A program made the translations under genes and the position numbers. Of a stretch of DNA of 64,000 nt, positions 40,481 to 49,349 are shown in pieces. A model generated the notes under the pieces. It made no database searches. It had not been told where the DNA came from and was given only the letters and a program-made list of their open reading frames with translations. Source of the DNA: Candidatus Heimdallarchaeota archaeon (GTDB lineage Archaea > Asgardarchaeota > Heimdallarchaeia > Heimdallarchaeales > Heimdallarchaeaceae); assembly GCA_030608385.1 (NCBI GenBank), contig JAUWEG010000001.1, positions 23,479 to 87,478 of the forward strand, given 5' to 3'. Each line of letters starts with the position of its first letter. Within the stretch, counting starts at the first letter, position 1.

Positions 40481-41290
40481 CTACAAGATTTCTACGGCTT
40501 TGTGCATTTGTATTGAAATCCCTATTTTTTCAGGTGAAAGAAATTTCCCAGCAATTTGAGAGAAATCATTCACTTGCTCCCATGTTGGTTGTTCAACCTT
40601 AGAATTAACTATTGGTGTAACAAATTGGATAACAATGGGAAGATCTATGGATCCACACTTCTTTGCAATAATCTCAAAATTTTCTTTTTTTGAGGCTTTG
40701 GTTATTACAGTTTTTGCAAATACTTTAGTTCCTGCGTTTTTTAGTATCCTACTCATTTCTACTTCCTGATTTACAAGATTCTCCCATTCTAGAGCAGCAT
40801 TCGCTGTTTTATCCTTTATATCTACACATGCAAAATCAATTTTTTCTGATAATTTTTCTAGAAACACAAAATTATCCGTGTATGCTGTTTCTAAATATGT
40901 TTTATATCCTGCTTCTTTGAGAAGGCTAGTAATATCTTCAAAAAATGATTCCTGATACAAGGGCTCTCCCCCTGTCAAACTTACAGAGTGCAAATCCTTA
41001 GTAGAAAGCTTTTTCACAAAATCTAAAATTTCTTCAGGTGTCAAAGGGTTAGATATTTCTTCAAAGGATTGAGTTCCTGCTTGTGTTTCCACAAGACATT
41101 TTGATGGAGTTGTACTCCAAGATTTCGGAGAATCACACCAGATACAACCTTTTGTTCCATGAACACCTAAAGCAAGAGGACATCCTGAGAATCTGATGAA
41201 AATCTGTCTTAATCCATAACAGCTTCCTTCAACTGCTGCTCCTTCACCTTGGAAACTTGAGAATATTTCCTGTACGTAACCCTGTGACAT
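40481..41290 (-). CDS. queE: 7-carboxy-7-deazaguanine synthase QueE (radical SAM)
   Basis: EIFSSFQGEG and FIRFSGC signatures of QueE. Confidence 0.8.
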   Translation of the reverse strand: MSQGYVQEIFSSFQGEGAAVEGSCYGLRQIFIRFSGCPLALGVHGTKGCIWCDSPKSWSTTPSKCLVETQAGTQSFEEISNPLTPEEILDFVKKLSTKDLHSVSLTGGEPLYQESFFEDITSLLKEAGYKTYLETAYTDNFVFLEKLSEKIDFACVDIKDKTANAALEWENLVNQEVEMSRILKNAGTKVFAKTVITKASKKENFEIIAKKCGSIDLPIVIQFVTPIVNSKVEQPTWEQVNDFSQIAGKFLSPEKIGISIQMHKAVEIL

Positions 41291-41369
41291 TGATATATTA
41301 TTTTCTTAACTCTAAATAAAAATTCCTTATGATGATAGATTCAGTCATGCTGTAATAAAAGAAGATTTG

Positions 41370-41837
41370 CTATAAATTGTACTTACCTATCTGATCAAAT
41401 GTAGCATATTTTTCTACATATTCTCGAACTTTTCTAGCATATTCTTTAGGGTCTCTTTTCATCAGATTAGCAGCTGTTGAATTTAAAGGGTCATCAGGAT
41501 TTGGATTACTTAAAATGAAGCGAATTGATTCTATAACATCAACTAGATTGTTCGCTGGGGTCCAATCTGCGCCTAGAACCCCTACACATATTCTTGTATC
41601 AAATACATTAGCATGAAAAACCTTTGTTAGCATTTTTACCTTTGGAGGTTTGAATGGATATTCTCTCGGAATATCGATATCAAGTACAAAAACACCATTT
41701 TCATATAAACCTGCTCCAAAAATAAATCCCCTCCATTGAAGTGTATTTCCGTCTATTGGTTTGAATGTTGGCAATTCTTTTTTTAACTCATTGGCTTCGA
41801 TTGCTATTCTAGGCCAAAATTCTTCTTCTGCTAACAT
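41370..41837 (-). CDS. ubiquitin-conjugating enzyme E2 (UBC fold, catalytic Cys retained)
   Basis: FHANVFDTRICVGVLGADWTPA aligns to the E2 HPN-x-G-x-IC-LDIL-x-W-SPA active-site block. Size is 155 aa. Confidence 0.75.
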   Translation of the reverse strand: MLAEEEFWPRIAIEANELKKELPTFKPIDGNTLQWRGFIFGAGLYENGVFVLDIDIPREYPFKPPKVKMLTKVFHANVFDTRICVGVLGADWTPANNLVDVIESIRFILSNPNPDDPLNSTAANLMKRDPKEYARKVREYVEKYATFDQIGKYNL

Positions 41838-41877
41838 TGCTTCATATCCAGTATGTTTTTTTAAGGATGGTTGTAAC

Positions 41878-42041
41878 TAGTATCCTCCTGAACCTTTGTT
41901 CTGCATCTCTAGAAGTATCATGAGTATGGCTGCAATTAATCCTTTTTGATCTCCTGCAATTTTCTCAAATTCTTTTCTTTCTAACATCATTGCAACAGAA
42001 CGCCATCTAACTAGTAATTCCACGATGTCTCTTTCGCTCAT
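41878..42041 (-). CDS. unannotated mini-ORF (54 aa) ending in GSGG-Y, immediately upstream of the E2 gene
   Basis: My own translation of the minus strand gives MSERDIVELLVRWRSVAMMLERKEFEKIAGDQKGLIAAILMILLEMQNKGSGGY. The gap to the E2 start is 40 nt. Coding status is unproven. Confidence 0.25.
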
Positions 42042-42192
42042 TAGCCTTCATCTATGAAAAGTTTGCTAGATATATTAAGATTATGTCTCTCCTAAATGAA
42101 ATTTGATTCAGCTAATAAATGAAACTAGTTTTTGATTACGCCTAATCCACAAATTTTTTTAATTTGATAACAATTACTATATGTGAATATGT

Positions 42193-42879
42193 ATGAGTAA
42201 CCCAGAGGAAATGTTAGTTCAACTAATTAACTCAATCAATAAGCTTTCAACTCTTGTTCAAAATGTAAATGATGCGATTTCTAAACTATCTACTCAAATT
42301 ACGCAATTAGAAACAAAGATGACGGGTTTTTCTAATGTTGAAAATCAAGTTTCTGAGGTAGGTCTTAAACTCAGTGAGATTCCTGGAATTAAAGATATGA
42401 TCGCAAACCTAAACACTAAGATTGATGGGTTGGGATCTATTGCTGTTGCAGCTCCTGCAAAATCCAAAGGCAAAGCCAAGAAAGGATCTGCCCCTGCAGT
42501 TGCAGTACCCGCTGAACCAGCTCCAGTAGAATATACTTCTCCAGGTATAGCTGAAGAAGATGATGGAGCAGGAGTTTCAGCTGAAGCTGATGCAGCTTTT
42601 AATGCTGTTTCCAAGAAATTTAAACATATAACACAAATGGTTAGCCCTACTAGTAGTTGTGGGAACATATCAAAGATGATCGAAGATTTAAGGGATGAAG
42701 TCGAAACTCATGTCGGAATGTCACCAATGTTATATGAACTAAACTCTTGGGTTCAAAGAGTTTCAAAAATGCCTGAAGCAGATGTACTTCTTCCTGAAGT
42801 CCATTCTGAATTAATTGGTAAACTAGATGATTGGTTAACAAGAGTGACCAAAGCAATTCACTTAAAATATCAAGATTAA
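42193..42879 (+). CDS. coiled-coil protein with an Ala/Pro-rich linker and a helical C-terminal domain
   Basis: N-terminal heptad-rich 80 aa, then an AAPAKSKGKAKKGSAPAVAVPAEPAP linker, then a roughly 100 aa helical domain. Confidence 0.4.
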   Translation: MSNPEEMLVQLINSINKLSTLVQNVNDAISKLSTQITQLETKMTGFSNVENQVSEVGLKLSEIPGIKDMIANLNTKIDGLGSIAVAAPAKSKGKAKKGSAPAVAVPAEPAPVEYTSPGIAEEDDGAGVSAEADAAFNAVSKKFKHITQMVSPTSSCGNISKMIEDLRDEVETHVGMSPMLYELNSWVQRVSKMPEADVLLPEVHSELIGKLDDWLTRVTKAIHLKYQD

Positions 42880-42966
42880 TGGGTGTTTTATTAATATAGT
42901 AATACCCCCGTCCATATTGATATAATACTTATTTTTTAACTTGTTAAACTAAATTATGTACATGTT

Positions 42967-43605
42967 ATGATGAATCTAGGTGATATTAAGGGCATCATAG
43001 AGATAAACGGTGAGTCTTATGATCCAAAAGAGGTTCTTAGAGCTCTTCTTGAACAAGGTTTGAAAATCCATCCTTTAAATGGTTCCTTACTAATTGGACG
43101 AACTTTTATTGATCCTGCCCCAAATCTTGAATTTAGGAGCAAATCCTGTCCAATATCTACCCACTGTAAGATTTTTGAAAAACTGAACTTGTCAAAAGAA
43201 GAAACAACAGATTCTTCATTAACTTCATATGACCCTGACTTTGATTCACAATCACCTTCTAGTCCATCGCAATCTCCCCCTAACAGATCTTATACTGATC
43301 CAGTTCAGATGGATATTGATAATATGGATACCCAAAGTTTTTTTTCAGAATCATCCATTGAAGAGACAGTTTTACCATATGATGAACCTCAGAATAGTTC
43401 AGTTCTAAGGACCAACATAATCGATAATTTAGAACCTGAACCTGCTGAAATGATGGGAGTGTCTCCTGTAACAAAATATGGTGAATCGATGAACATAGAT
43501 GTTTCTCACATACCGTTAGAATACAAGGGAAGATGTCCTTATTGCAAATCTGTTGTTAATATGAAATGGAAGTTTTGTGGAACTTGTGGCACTCATATGC
43601 AATAA
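42967..43605 (+). CDS. protein with a ubiquitin-like-looking N-terminal domain, a Ser/Pro-rich linker and a C-terminal Cys4 zinc ribbon
   Basis: N-terminus roughly 60 aa (GESYDPKEVLRALLEQGLKIHPLNGSLLIGRTF) parallels the ubiquitin [41 protein letters not shown] segment. C-terminus CPYC-x11-CGTC. Confidence 0.35.
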   Translation: MMNLGDIKGIIEINGESYDPKEVLRALLEQGLKIHPLNGSLLIGRTFIDPAPNLEFRSKSCPISTHCKIFEKLNLSKEETTDSSLTSYDPDFDSQSPSSPSQSPPNRSYTDPVQMDIDNMDTQSFFSESSIEETVLPYDEPQNSSVLRTNIIDNLEPEPAEMMGVSPVTKYGESMNIDVSHIPLEYKGRCPYCKSVVNMKWKFCGTCGTHMQ

Positions 43606-43613
43606 ATTAAAGG

Positions 43614-44981
43614 TTAGTCTGAACCCTCTACGTCAACACAACCTTCTGGTGTTATTGCAAATACAGCTTCTGATTCTGGTAAATATGGTGAGTCATAAAT
43701 TCTAATAATTCTCTTCTCGCCTTTGGATTTTCTTAAATAGAATCTAGTTATAGCCCAGTGACCAAGGATATTTCCACCAATCGCTTGAGTTGGATCACCA
43801 AAAAAGGCTGCGGGATTTGACTGAACCTGGTTTGTGATTGCAATAGCTACATTATAGGTGTCTGCTAATCTTCCAAGAATCCCTAAATGATGGTTGATTG
43901 TTTGTTGTCTCTCAGCAAGAGTTCCTCTTCCCGCATATTCTGCTCTAAAATGAGCTGTAGCAGAATCAAGAGCAACAAGCCCATATTCATCCTTGTGGTT
44001 GTAAAACAATTCAAGTAGTCTTTCTACTAGAGTCATTTGATGATCTGAGTTATACGCTCTTGCGTAAGTTATGTCTCTAAGAACATCCTCAAAACTTTTC
44101 TCCCAACCTAAATCATTTTGTAATTTACCATGAATTGCTTTAATTCTACTAGGAGAAAATGTTCCCTCAGTATCTATAAATACAGCTTTCTTTCCAACTC
44201 CTCCTAATTCTGGTGGAAGTTGAACAGTTACACAAAGCTGGTGGCATAATTGTGACTTTCCAGAGCGGAAAGGTCCAAAAAGTTCTATAGTCTCTCCAAG
44301 CCTCACTCCAGCAACATCTAATTCCTCAATAGTTGTTAACGCATCTAATGCTTTAATCCCATAAGAAAAAGCTGGAGACCCCTTCTGTTTTTCCATTATC
44401 TCAAAACCGTTAATGAACTCAATTCCTCCACGTGCCTCAGTAAGAGCTTGCTTGTATTTTTTTGCAGCACTTGCTGTAATCCCATACTTTTCTTCTAATT
44501 CTCTTATAGGAGTTGTTTCAAGAAGATAAACGTTTAATCCCTTCTCTCTTAGCATATCTGCGGTAGTTTTTCCTACTCCAGGTAAATCTTCTAAACCGAT
44601 TTCTTCTTTGAAAAACCTATACTTTTGTACTGTAGAAATTATTTCTCCCCTAATTTTCTTTGCAATAGCTCTTTGGACACCCATTGTCTGTAATTCAATA
44701 AGCCTTGTCGTCATTAATTTTTCAATAGTTGTGATTTCATTCTCAATTAAAATTTCCAGGGTTTTCTTTCCTAAACCTGGAACATCTTTAAGTTTCAGCT
44801 CAACATCTGCTTTTTTCTTCTTAGAATTCTCTTGTTCTTCTATCTCAATTAGATGTTCTTCGTATTGTTCTCCAATTTCCTTTGAATCAGGCTTAGTGGT
44901 TTCTTCCTGTGTTTCTTTGCTCATATTATGCACCACTGCTATTACTCCGAAGAGGTTAGAGTATTTAAAGATAATACTCAT
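43614..44981 (-). CDS. radA: DNA repair/recombination protein RadA with a duplicated N-terminal HhH module
   Basis: Walker A GPFRSGKSQ and Walker B AVFIDTEG. Two consecutive (V/L)PG(L/V)GKxT HhH units. The true start is possibly the internal Met (MSKETQ). Confidence 0.9.
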   Translation of the reverse strand: MSIIFKYSNLFGVIAVVHNMSKETQEETTKPDSKEIGEQYEEHLIEIEEQENSKKKKADVELKLKDVPGLGKKTLEILIENEITTIEKLMTTRLIELQTMGVQRAIAKKIRGEIISTVQKYRFFKEEIGLEDLPGVGKTTADMLREKGLNVYLLETTPIRELEEKYGITASAAKKYKQALTEARGGIEFINGFEIMEKQKGSPAFSYGIKALDALTTIEELDVAGVRLGETIELFGPFRSGKSQLCHQLCVTVQLPPELGGVGKKAVFIDTEGTFSPSRIKAIHGKLQNDLGWEKSFEDVLRDITYARAYNSDHQMTLVERLLELFYNHKDEYGLVALDSATAHFRAEYAGRGTLAERQQTINHHLGILGRLADTYNVAIAITNQVQSNPAAFFGDPTQAIGGNILGHWAITRFYLRKSKGEKRIIRIYDSPYLPESEAVFAITPEGCVDVEGSD

Positions 44982-45087
44982 ATTACACTTACTATTCCTT
45001 AGATTTAACTTCTTCGAAGGGAGACTGTATTTTGAAAGTAATGAACTGATTAAATGAACTGGTTTTTTATCGAGAAAATTACTTTTT

Positions 45088-45597
45088 TTAGAAATCTATC
45101 CCTTTTCTTGCTTCAATACCCTTGGTGTAGGGATGTTTAATTTCTTTAACATCAATGATTGTATCAGCTTTTAATTTTAGTCCTTCTGGAAATTTTCTTC
45201 CAGTCAAGATAATTTCATCACTAACATAGGGAAAGATTCCCTTCAATTGATCCCAAGAAATTAATCCAAATGAGAGAGCAATTCCTGCTTCATCCAAAAG
45301 AAGTATCTCAACTTGAGCTTTCTTTAGTTCTTTTTCTAGAACACTGATACCATTGTTTATCAAAGCTATATATTCCTCTTTTTGATCCTTCGATTGATAA
45401 AACCTATCTTTCCCAAACGTAAACCACCTTACATTATCCTTATCCTTAAAAAAATTACATTCTCCACAGTTTTTACCAGTTTTTAGGAATTGAGCTACTA
45501 GTATTGATTTTCCTTCTCTTTGCTTTTGAAAAATATAACCTATACTTGTTGTTGTTTTTCCTTTTCCTTCTCCCACTATGAAGGTAATCTTAACCAT
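45088..45597 (-). CDS. cobA: cob(I)yrinic acid a,c-diamide / corrinoid adenosyltransferase (CobA/CobO/BtuR family)
   Basis: P-loop GEGKGKTT at the N-terminus. LLLDEAG and ILTGR blocks. KHPYTKGIEARKGIDF C-terminus. Confidence 0.75.
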   Translation of the reverse strand: MVKITFIVGEGKGKTTTSIGYIFQKQREGKSILVAQFLKTGKNCGECNFFKDKDNVRWFTFGKDRFYQSKDQKEEYIALINNGISVLEKELKKAQVEILLLDEAGIALSFGLISWDQLKGIFPYVSDEIILTGRKFPEGLKLKADTIIDVKEIKHPYTKGIEARKGIDF

Positions 45598-45711
45598 TAT
45601 CTGAAAAATAGGTTTATCTCTTTTAAACATTGACTAAAAGAGTCAGTGTAATCTAAATTAAAACATATTTAGATACACTAGCTTGGAAAGTTCAAAGACT
45701 CAGATTTGTAT

Positions 45712-46161
45712 TTATTCTTGTTCAAGATTAGTTTCGTTGTTTTTACGTTTCTTTTCTTCTTTTTCCCTTATTTGCCTATTCTTTTCTTCTTCTAAATGCT
45801 TTAACCCTTTATCTTTCAATTTTCCAGTTCCGCTACAAACTGGACAAACATCTTTTCTAGCTTCTCTTTTTGGTCCAGCATCTACATATCCCGTTCCGTA
45901 ACAATAAGGGCAATTTGTCCCTATAACCTTAGCACCTGTTCTTGCATAAATATACGATAATAGTAGAAACAAAACACCTAATCCAGCAGTGATGAAACCT
46001 GCTATTTCTAGTCCTCTCGCATCAATTCCGCTCTCTTCAAAAACAGCAATAGCTTTATCATACATATATAATCCAACAATAAGCAGAATACCACCAAATA
46101 GAAAGATGGAATACTGGATAACATAGATTCTTATATTCGAAACTCTTCTTTTCCCTTTCAT
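45712..46161 (-). CDS. two-TM membrane protein with a DnaJ-type CxxCxGxG zinc finger
   Basis: CPYCYGTGYV ... CPVCSGTGKL. The C-terminal tail is K/E-rich. Confidence 0.45.
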   Translation of the reverse strand: MKGKRRVSNIRIYVIQYSIFLFGGILLIVGLYMYDKAIAVFEESGIDARGLEIAGFITAGLGVLFLLLSYIYARTGAKVIGTNCPYCYGTGYVDAGPKREARKDVCPVCSGTGKLKDKGLKHLEEEKNRQIREKEEKKRKNNETNLEQE

Positions 46162-46255
46162 TATTGTTTGATTGTTTGTTTGAACGCTGAAAAATTTTGT
46201 GCTTCTGAAGAGAATGAATGAAGAAGAAAATTACAAGAATTTTTTCCAGTTCCTC

Positions 46256-46807
46256 TTATCTTCCTGCTCGTTTCATAGTTTCATTTTTTATTGCATTTCC
46301 TAGAAGAGCTTTAACTAATTCTCCTATTCCGGCTCCAGTTAATGCTGATGTTTCAAGATATCTACAGCCTAGTTTTCTAGATATTCTTTCTGCATCCCCT
46401 CTTAAAACTTCACGTTTTGCATCAGTTTTATTGCCAACAATTGTAATATCCAAATCAAGATTTTGATTTCTAAGTTCTCTAATCCAATCTGCACACTCTT
46501 TGAATGATTCTCTCCTAGATACATCAAAGATGATTGCTGCAGCATTGGTTCCTGAATATAGGAGATTCCTAACTACTCCAAATCTTTTTTGTCCTGCCAT
46601 GTCGTAAAACAGTGCTACCGCTTTTCCTTTGCCAGTTTTAAATGAATAAGTATGGAATTCAGCCCCTACAGTTGGCTTATAATGTTTTAGAAAAATATTT
46701 TCTGTTATCCTTTTGCAAATTGTTGTTTTTCCCGATCTACCGGGTCCACATATGGCTAACTTGTATATATCGTAATCTCGAAATTTAACTTCCACTTTGG
46801 AATTCAT
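46256..46807 (-). CDS. Ras-superfamily small GTPase (Rab/Ras-like)
   Basis: G1 GPGRSGKT, G3 DMAGQ (Ras-type catalytic Gln), G4 GNKTD, G5 TSAL. Size is 183 aa. Confidence 0.8.
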   Translation of the reverse strand: MNSKVEVKFRDYDIYKLAICGPGRSGKTTICKRITENIFLKHYKPTVGAEFHTYSFKTGKGKAVALFYDMAGQKRFGVVRNLLYSGTNAAAIIFDVSRRESFKECADWIRELRNQNLDLDITIVGNKTDAKREVLRGDAERISRKLGCRYLETSALTGAGIGELVKALLGNAIKNETMKRAGR

Positions 46808-46970
46808 GCAGTTAGCACCAAGGTAAACCTCTGAAAAATTAATAAAAGACGATGTAATACTAAGAGGTTACTTGAAACCATATGTAATTATGAGTACTAT
46901 AACATAATTATGCTTTACCAACCATATTTCTTGCTGAATTCTTAAATAATAAAGCTGAGTAAGTTGATGT

Positions 46971-47831
46971 ATGAGTTTTGAGTTCAAGAAAATTGCAGTA
47001 GTTGGTTCTGGAACAATGGGAAGTGGTATTGCAATGGTTTTAGCACAAGCTGGAATCAACGTTAGTCTCCATGATGTAAATGAAGAGTATCTAGAAAAAG
47101 GAAAGGAACAAATAGATAAATTCCTCAAGGGAAGTATGAAGAGGGGGAAAATAACAGAGGAAGAAGCCAATCAGATAAAAAGTAAAATTTCCTTTAATGT
47201 TGACTTAGCTGCATGTACAAAAGATGTTCAATTAGTAATCGAAGCAATTGTTGAAGAATCTAAAGCAAAGAAAATATTGTTTACAGAGCTTGATAAAATA
47301 TGTGAAAACGATGTCATTTTTGCAAGTAACACCTCTGCAATCAGCATAACTGATCTTGCAATGGTAACGAATAGACAAGAACTATTTTTAGGACTTCATT
47401 TCTTCAATCCACCATCGTTGATGAAATTAGTTGAAGTAATTAGAGGAAATAAAACAAATGATGAAACTGTTAGTAAAATAATGTCTCTCTGTCAAAAGCT
47501 GGGTAAAACACCAGTACCTTCAAACGAAGCTCCTGGTTTCATTGTTAATAGATTGCTTTGGGTTTTCTTGAATGAATCCTATAAACTAATAGAAACAAAC
47601 GTTGCGGAAAAAGAAGATATAGACACTGCAGTAAAACTTGGACTTAATCATCCAATGGGACCGTTTGAACTTTCAGATTACATAGGTTTGGATATTATGC
47701 TAGATATTGGAAGTTACATAGCAACTAAGTATGGTGAAATGTATAAACCAGCTCCACTTCTAAAGAAAATGGTTGAAAAGGGTAAATTGGGTAGAAAATC
47801 TGGCGAGGGTTTCTACAAATATTCTTCATAG
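46971..47831 (+). CDS. hbd: 3-hydroxyacyl-CoA (3-hydroxybutyryl-CoA) dehydrogenase
   Basis: KIAVVGSGTMGSGIA Rossmann motif plus the C-terminal 3HCDH dimerisation domain. Confidence 0.9.
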   Translation: MSFEFKKIAVVGSGTMGSGIAMVLAQAGINVSLHDVNEEYLEKGKEQIDKFLKGSMKRGKITEEEANQIKSKISFNVDLAACTKDVQLVIEAIVEESKAKKILFTELDKICENDVIFASNTSAISITDLAMVTNRQELFLGLHFFNPPSLMKLVEVIRGNKTNDETVSKIMSLCQKLGKTPVPSNEAPGFIVNRLLWVFLNESYKLIETNVAEKEDIDTAVKLGLNHPMGPFELSDYIGLDIMLDIGSYIATKYGEMYKPAPLLKKMVEKGKLGRKSGEGFYKYSS

Positions 47832-47863
47832 AATTGATAAGAATAAAGTAAGGAGTTAATCAG

Positions 47864-48547
47864 TTATCTCCTTCTAAAATACAATAGAAATGCAGATAAT
47901 CCTGCAATTACAGCTGGCACTAAAGCAAAAATAACCCATGCCCATGCCGCGGAAATTGATTTACCCAAATTCCATTGTGGTAAGATAGTGTTTATTGGTG
48001 AATCAGCTGAAACGAAATCAACTAGAATCCGACTTAGACGAGATATTTCCTGTAAATCCCCCCAATTATCAAGATATGACATATCTACGGGAGGTATAGC
48101 TTTAGAAATAATACTATCTGAAGTTAAGTTATAATAGAATATAATATTTGTACCAGGTTCTAATTGTGTAATATTAAATTCCAAGTATTCTGTTGTCATG
48201 AATCCATAAGTGATATTTACTGGAGTAAAGTCATACTCTTCTGGTGTTTGCATTGTTGAATTGAGAGTTATATTACCGTTTGTTAATCTCCCAAACATAC
48301 TTGAATTGAGGGTTAATGGAGTTGAATCTGTGAAACTTAAAGAAACAGTAATATTGGTGATTGTATAGTTTAAATAATTCTTGATTATGATACCAACTTC
48401 TATATTTTCGTTTTGAACAGCTGTTTCATCAAAAGCTACTTGTTTAACTATTAATTGTTGTTCTGGTACGTAACTAGCTGCAAAATGAGCATAGAACATT
48501 ACTGATGTGAGAACTACTAACAAGAGAATCTTACTCTTTGATTTCAT
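47864..48547 (-). CDS. secreted, probably N-glycosylated, surface protein with a C-terminal TM anchor
   Basis: N-terminal signal peptide. At least 9 N-x-S/T sequons. C-terminal hydrophobic segment followed by RRR. Confidence 0.4.
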   Translation of the reverse strand: MKSKSKILLLVVLTSVMFYAHFAASYVPEQQLIVKQVAFDETAVQNENIEVGIIIKNYLNYTITNITVSLSFTDSTPLTLNSSMFGRLTNGNITLNSTMQTPEEYDFTPVNITYGFMTTEYLEFNITQLEPGTNIIFYYNLTSDSIISKAIPPVDMSYLDNWGDLQEISRLSRILVDFVSADSPINTILPQWNLGKSISAAWAWVIFALVPAVIAGLSAFLLYFRRR

Positions 48548-48621
48548 TGATTTGTCTCCTTCAGAGCATAAAAAGTAGGAATGTTTTTAACTTTAACTCT
48601 TGCTGTTAGTAAACTACAAGC

Positions 48622-49344
48622 TTACATCAAATTAAGGGTACTTTGAAAAGCTCTAACTATATCGATATTTTCAATTACTGATGATTTTGCTACTATTTCA
48701 GGAAGTTGAAGATTAATCCAGTTCATAGCATCTTCCATTTTTTTCCGCATACTTGGGTCTGTTATTCGAAATATATCAACAAGTGTATCAAAATTAACAT
48801 TAGAGTTAGTTTCGAGTACTTCTAACCAATTTCGTAGTGTAACAATTCTTTGAGAGGGTAGAATGAACTCAACACTGTTATTGATTCGATTTGTTACCAC
48901 AACTCCTTTGATTTTTACGGGCATAAGTGAAATAAATTGACCCCCTAATTGTGATCGAAAAAGCAAAGAAAGTATCTTTGTTTTGTCATTTATTCGCAAT
49001 TTAGAGTATAAATGTTCATAATCTACCAGAGTTGTACCAAAGAAGATTTTGGTATCTCCATGTTCAATATTCAAAACTGATTTCGATTCTAGAACTGTAT
49101 TAAGATTATTTTTTTTGAATCTAATTGAAATGATTCGTGGTAAATCTTGAGTTAATTTCTCTAGAACTTTGTCAATATCACCTTCGATAACTAAATCATC
49201 ACCTGATCTTGAGAAACGAGGATCAAACAAGCGTTTTATTGTTACGGGTTCTTCCTCAAGAGCTGAATATAAATCATTCAAGCTCTCAATGTTGAGGGAT
49301 TTTTGTGATATTCTAATCATTGTAGCTTCAGGCAGCGAAAACAC
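48622..49344 (-). CDS. hypothetical protein co-oriented with and abutting polB
   Basis: Intact 240 aa ORF starting 6 nt after the polB stop. No motif recognised. Confidence 0.4.
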   Translation of the reverse strand: MFSLPEATMIRISQKSLNIESLNDLYSALEEEPVTIKRLFDPRFSRSGDDLVIEGDIDKVLEKLTQDLPRIISIRFKKNNLNTVLESKSVLNIEHGDTKIFFGTTLVDYEHLYSKLRINDKTKILSLLFRSQLGGQFISLMPVKIKGVVVTNRINNSVEFILPSQRIVTLRNWLEVLETNSNVNFDTLVDIFRITDPSMRKKMEDAMNWINLQLPEIVAKSSVIENIDIVRAFQSTLNLM

Positions 49345-49349
49345 CCCAT

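Noticed and set aside
42345-42856. 107 aa and 68 aa minus-strand ORFs
   Set aside because: Antisense to the coiled-coil gene at 42193..42879. They have Ala-rich low complexity.
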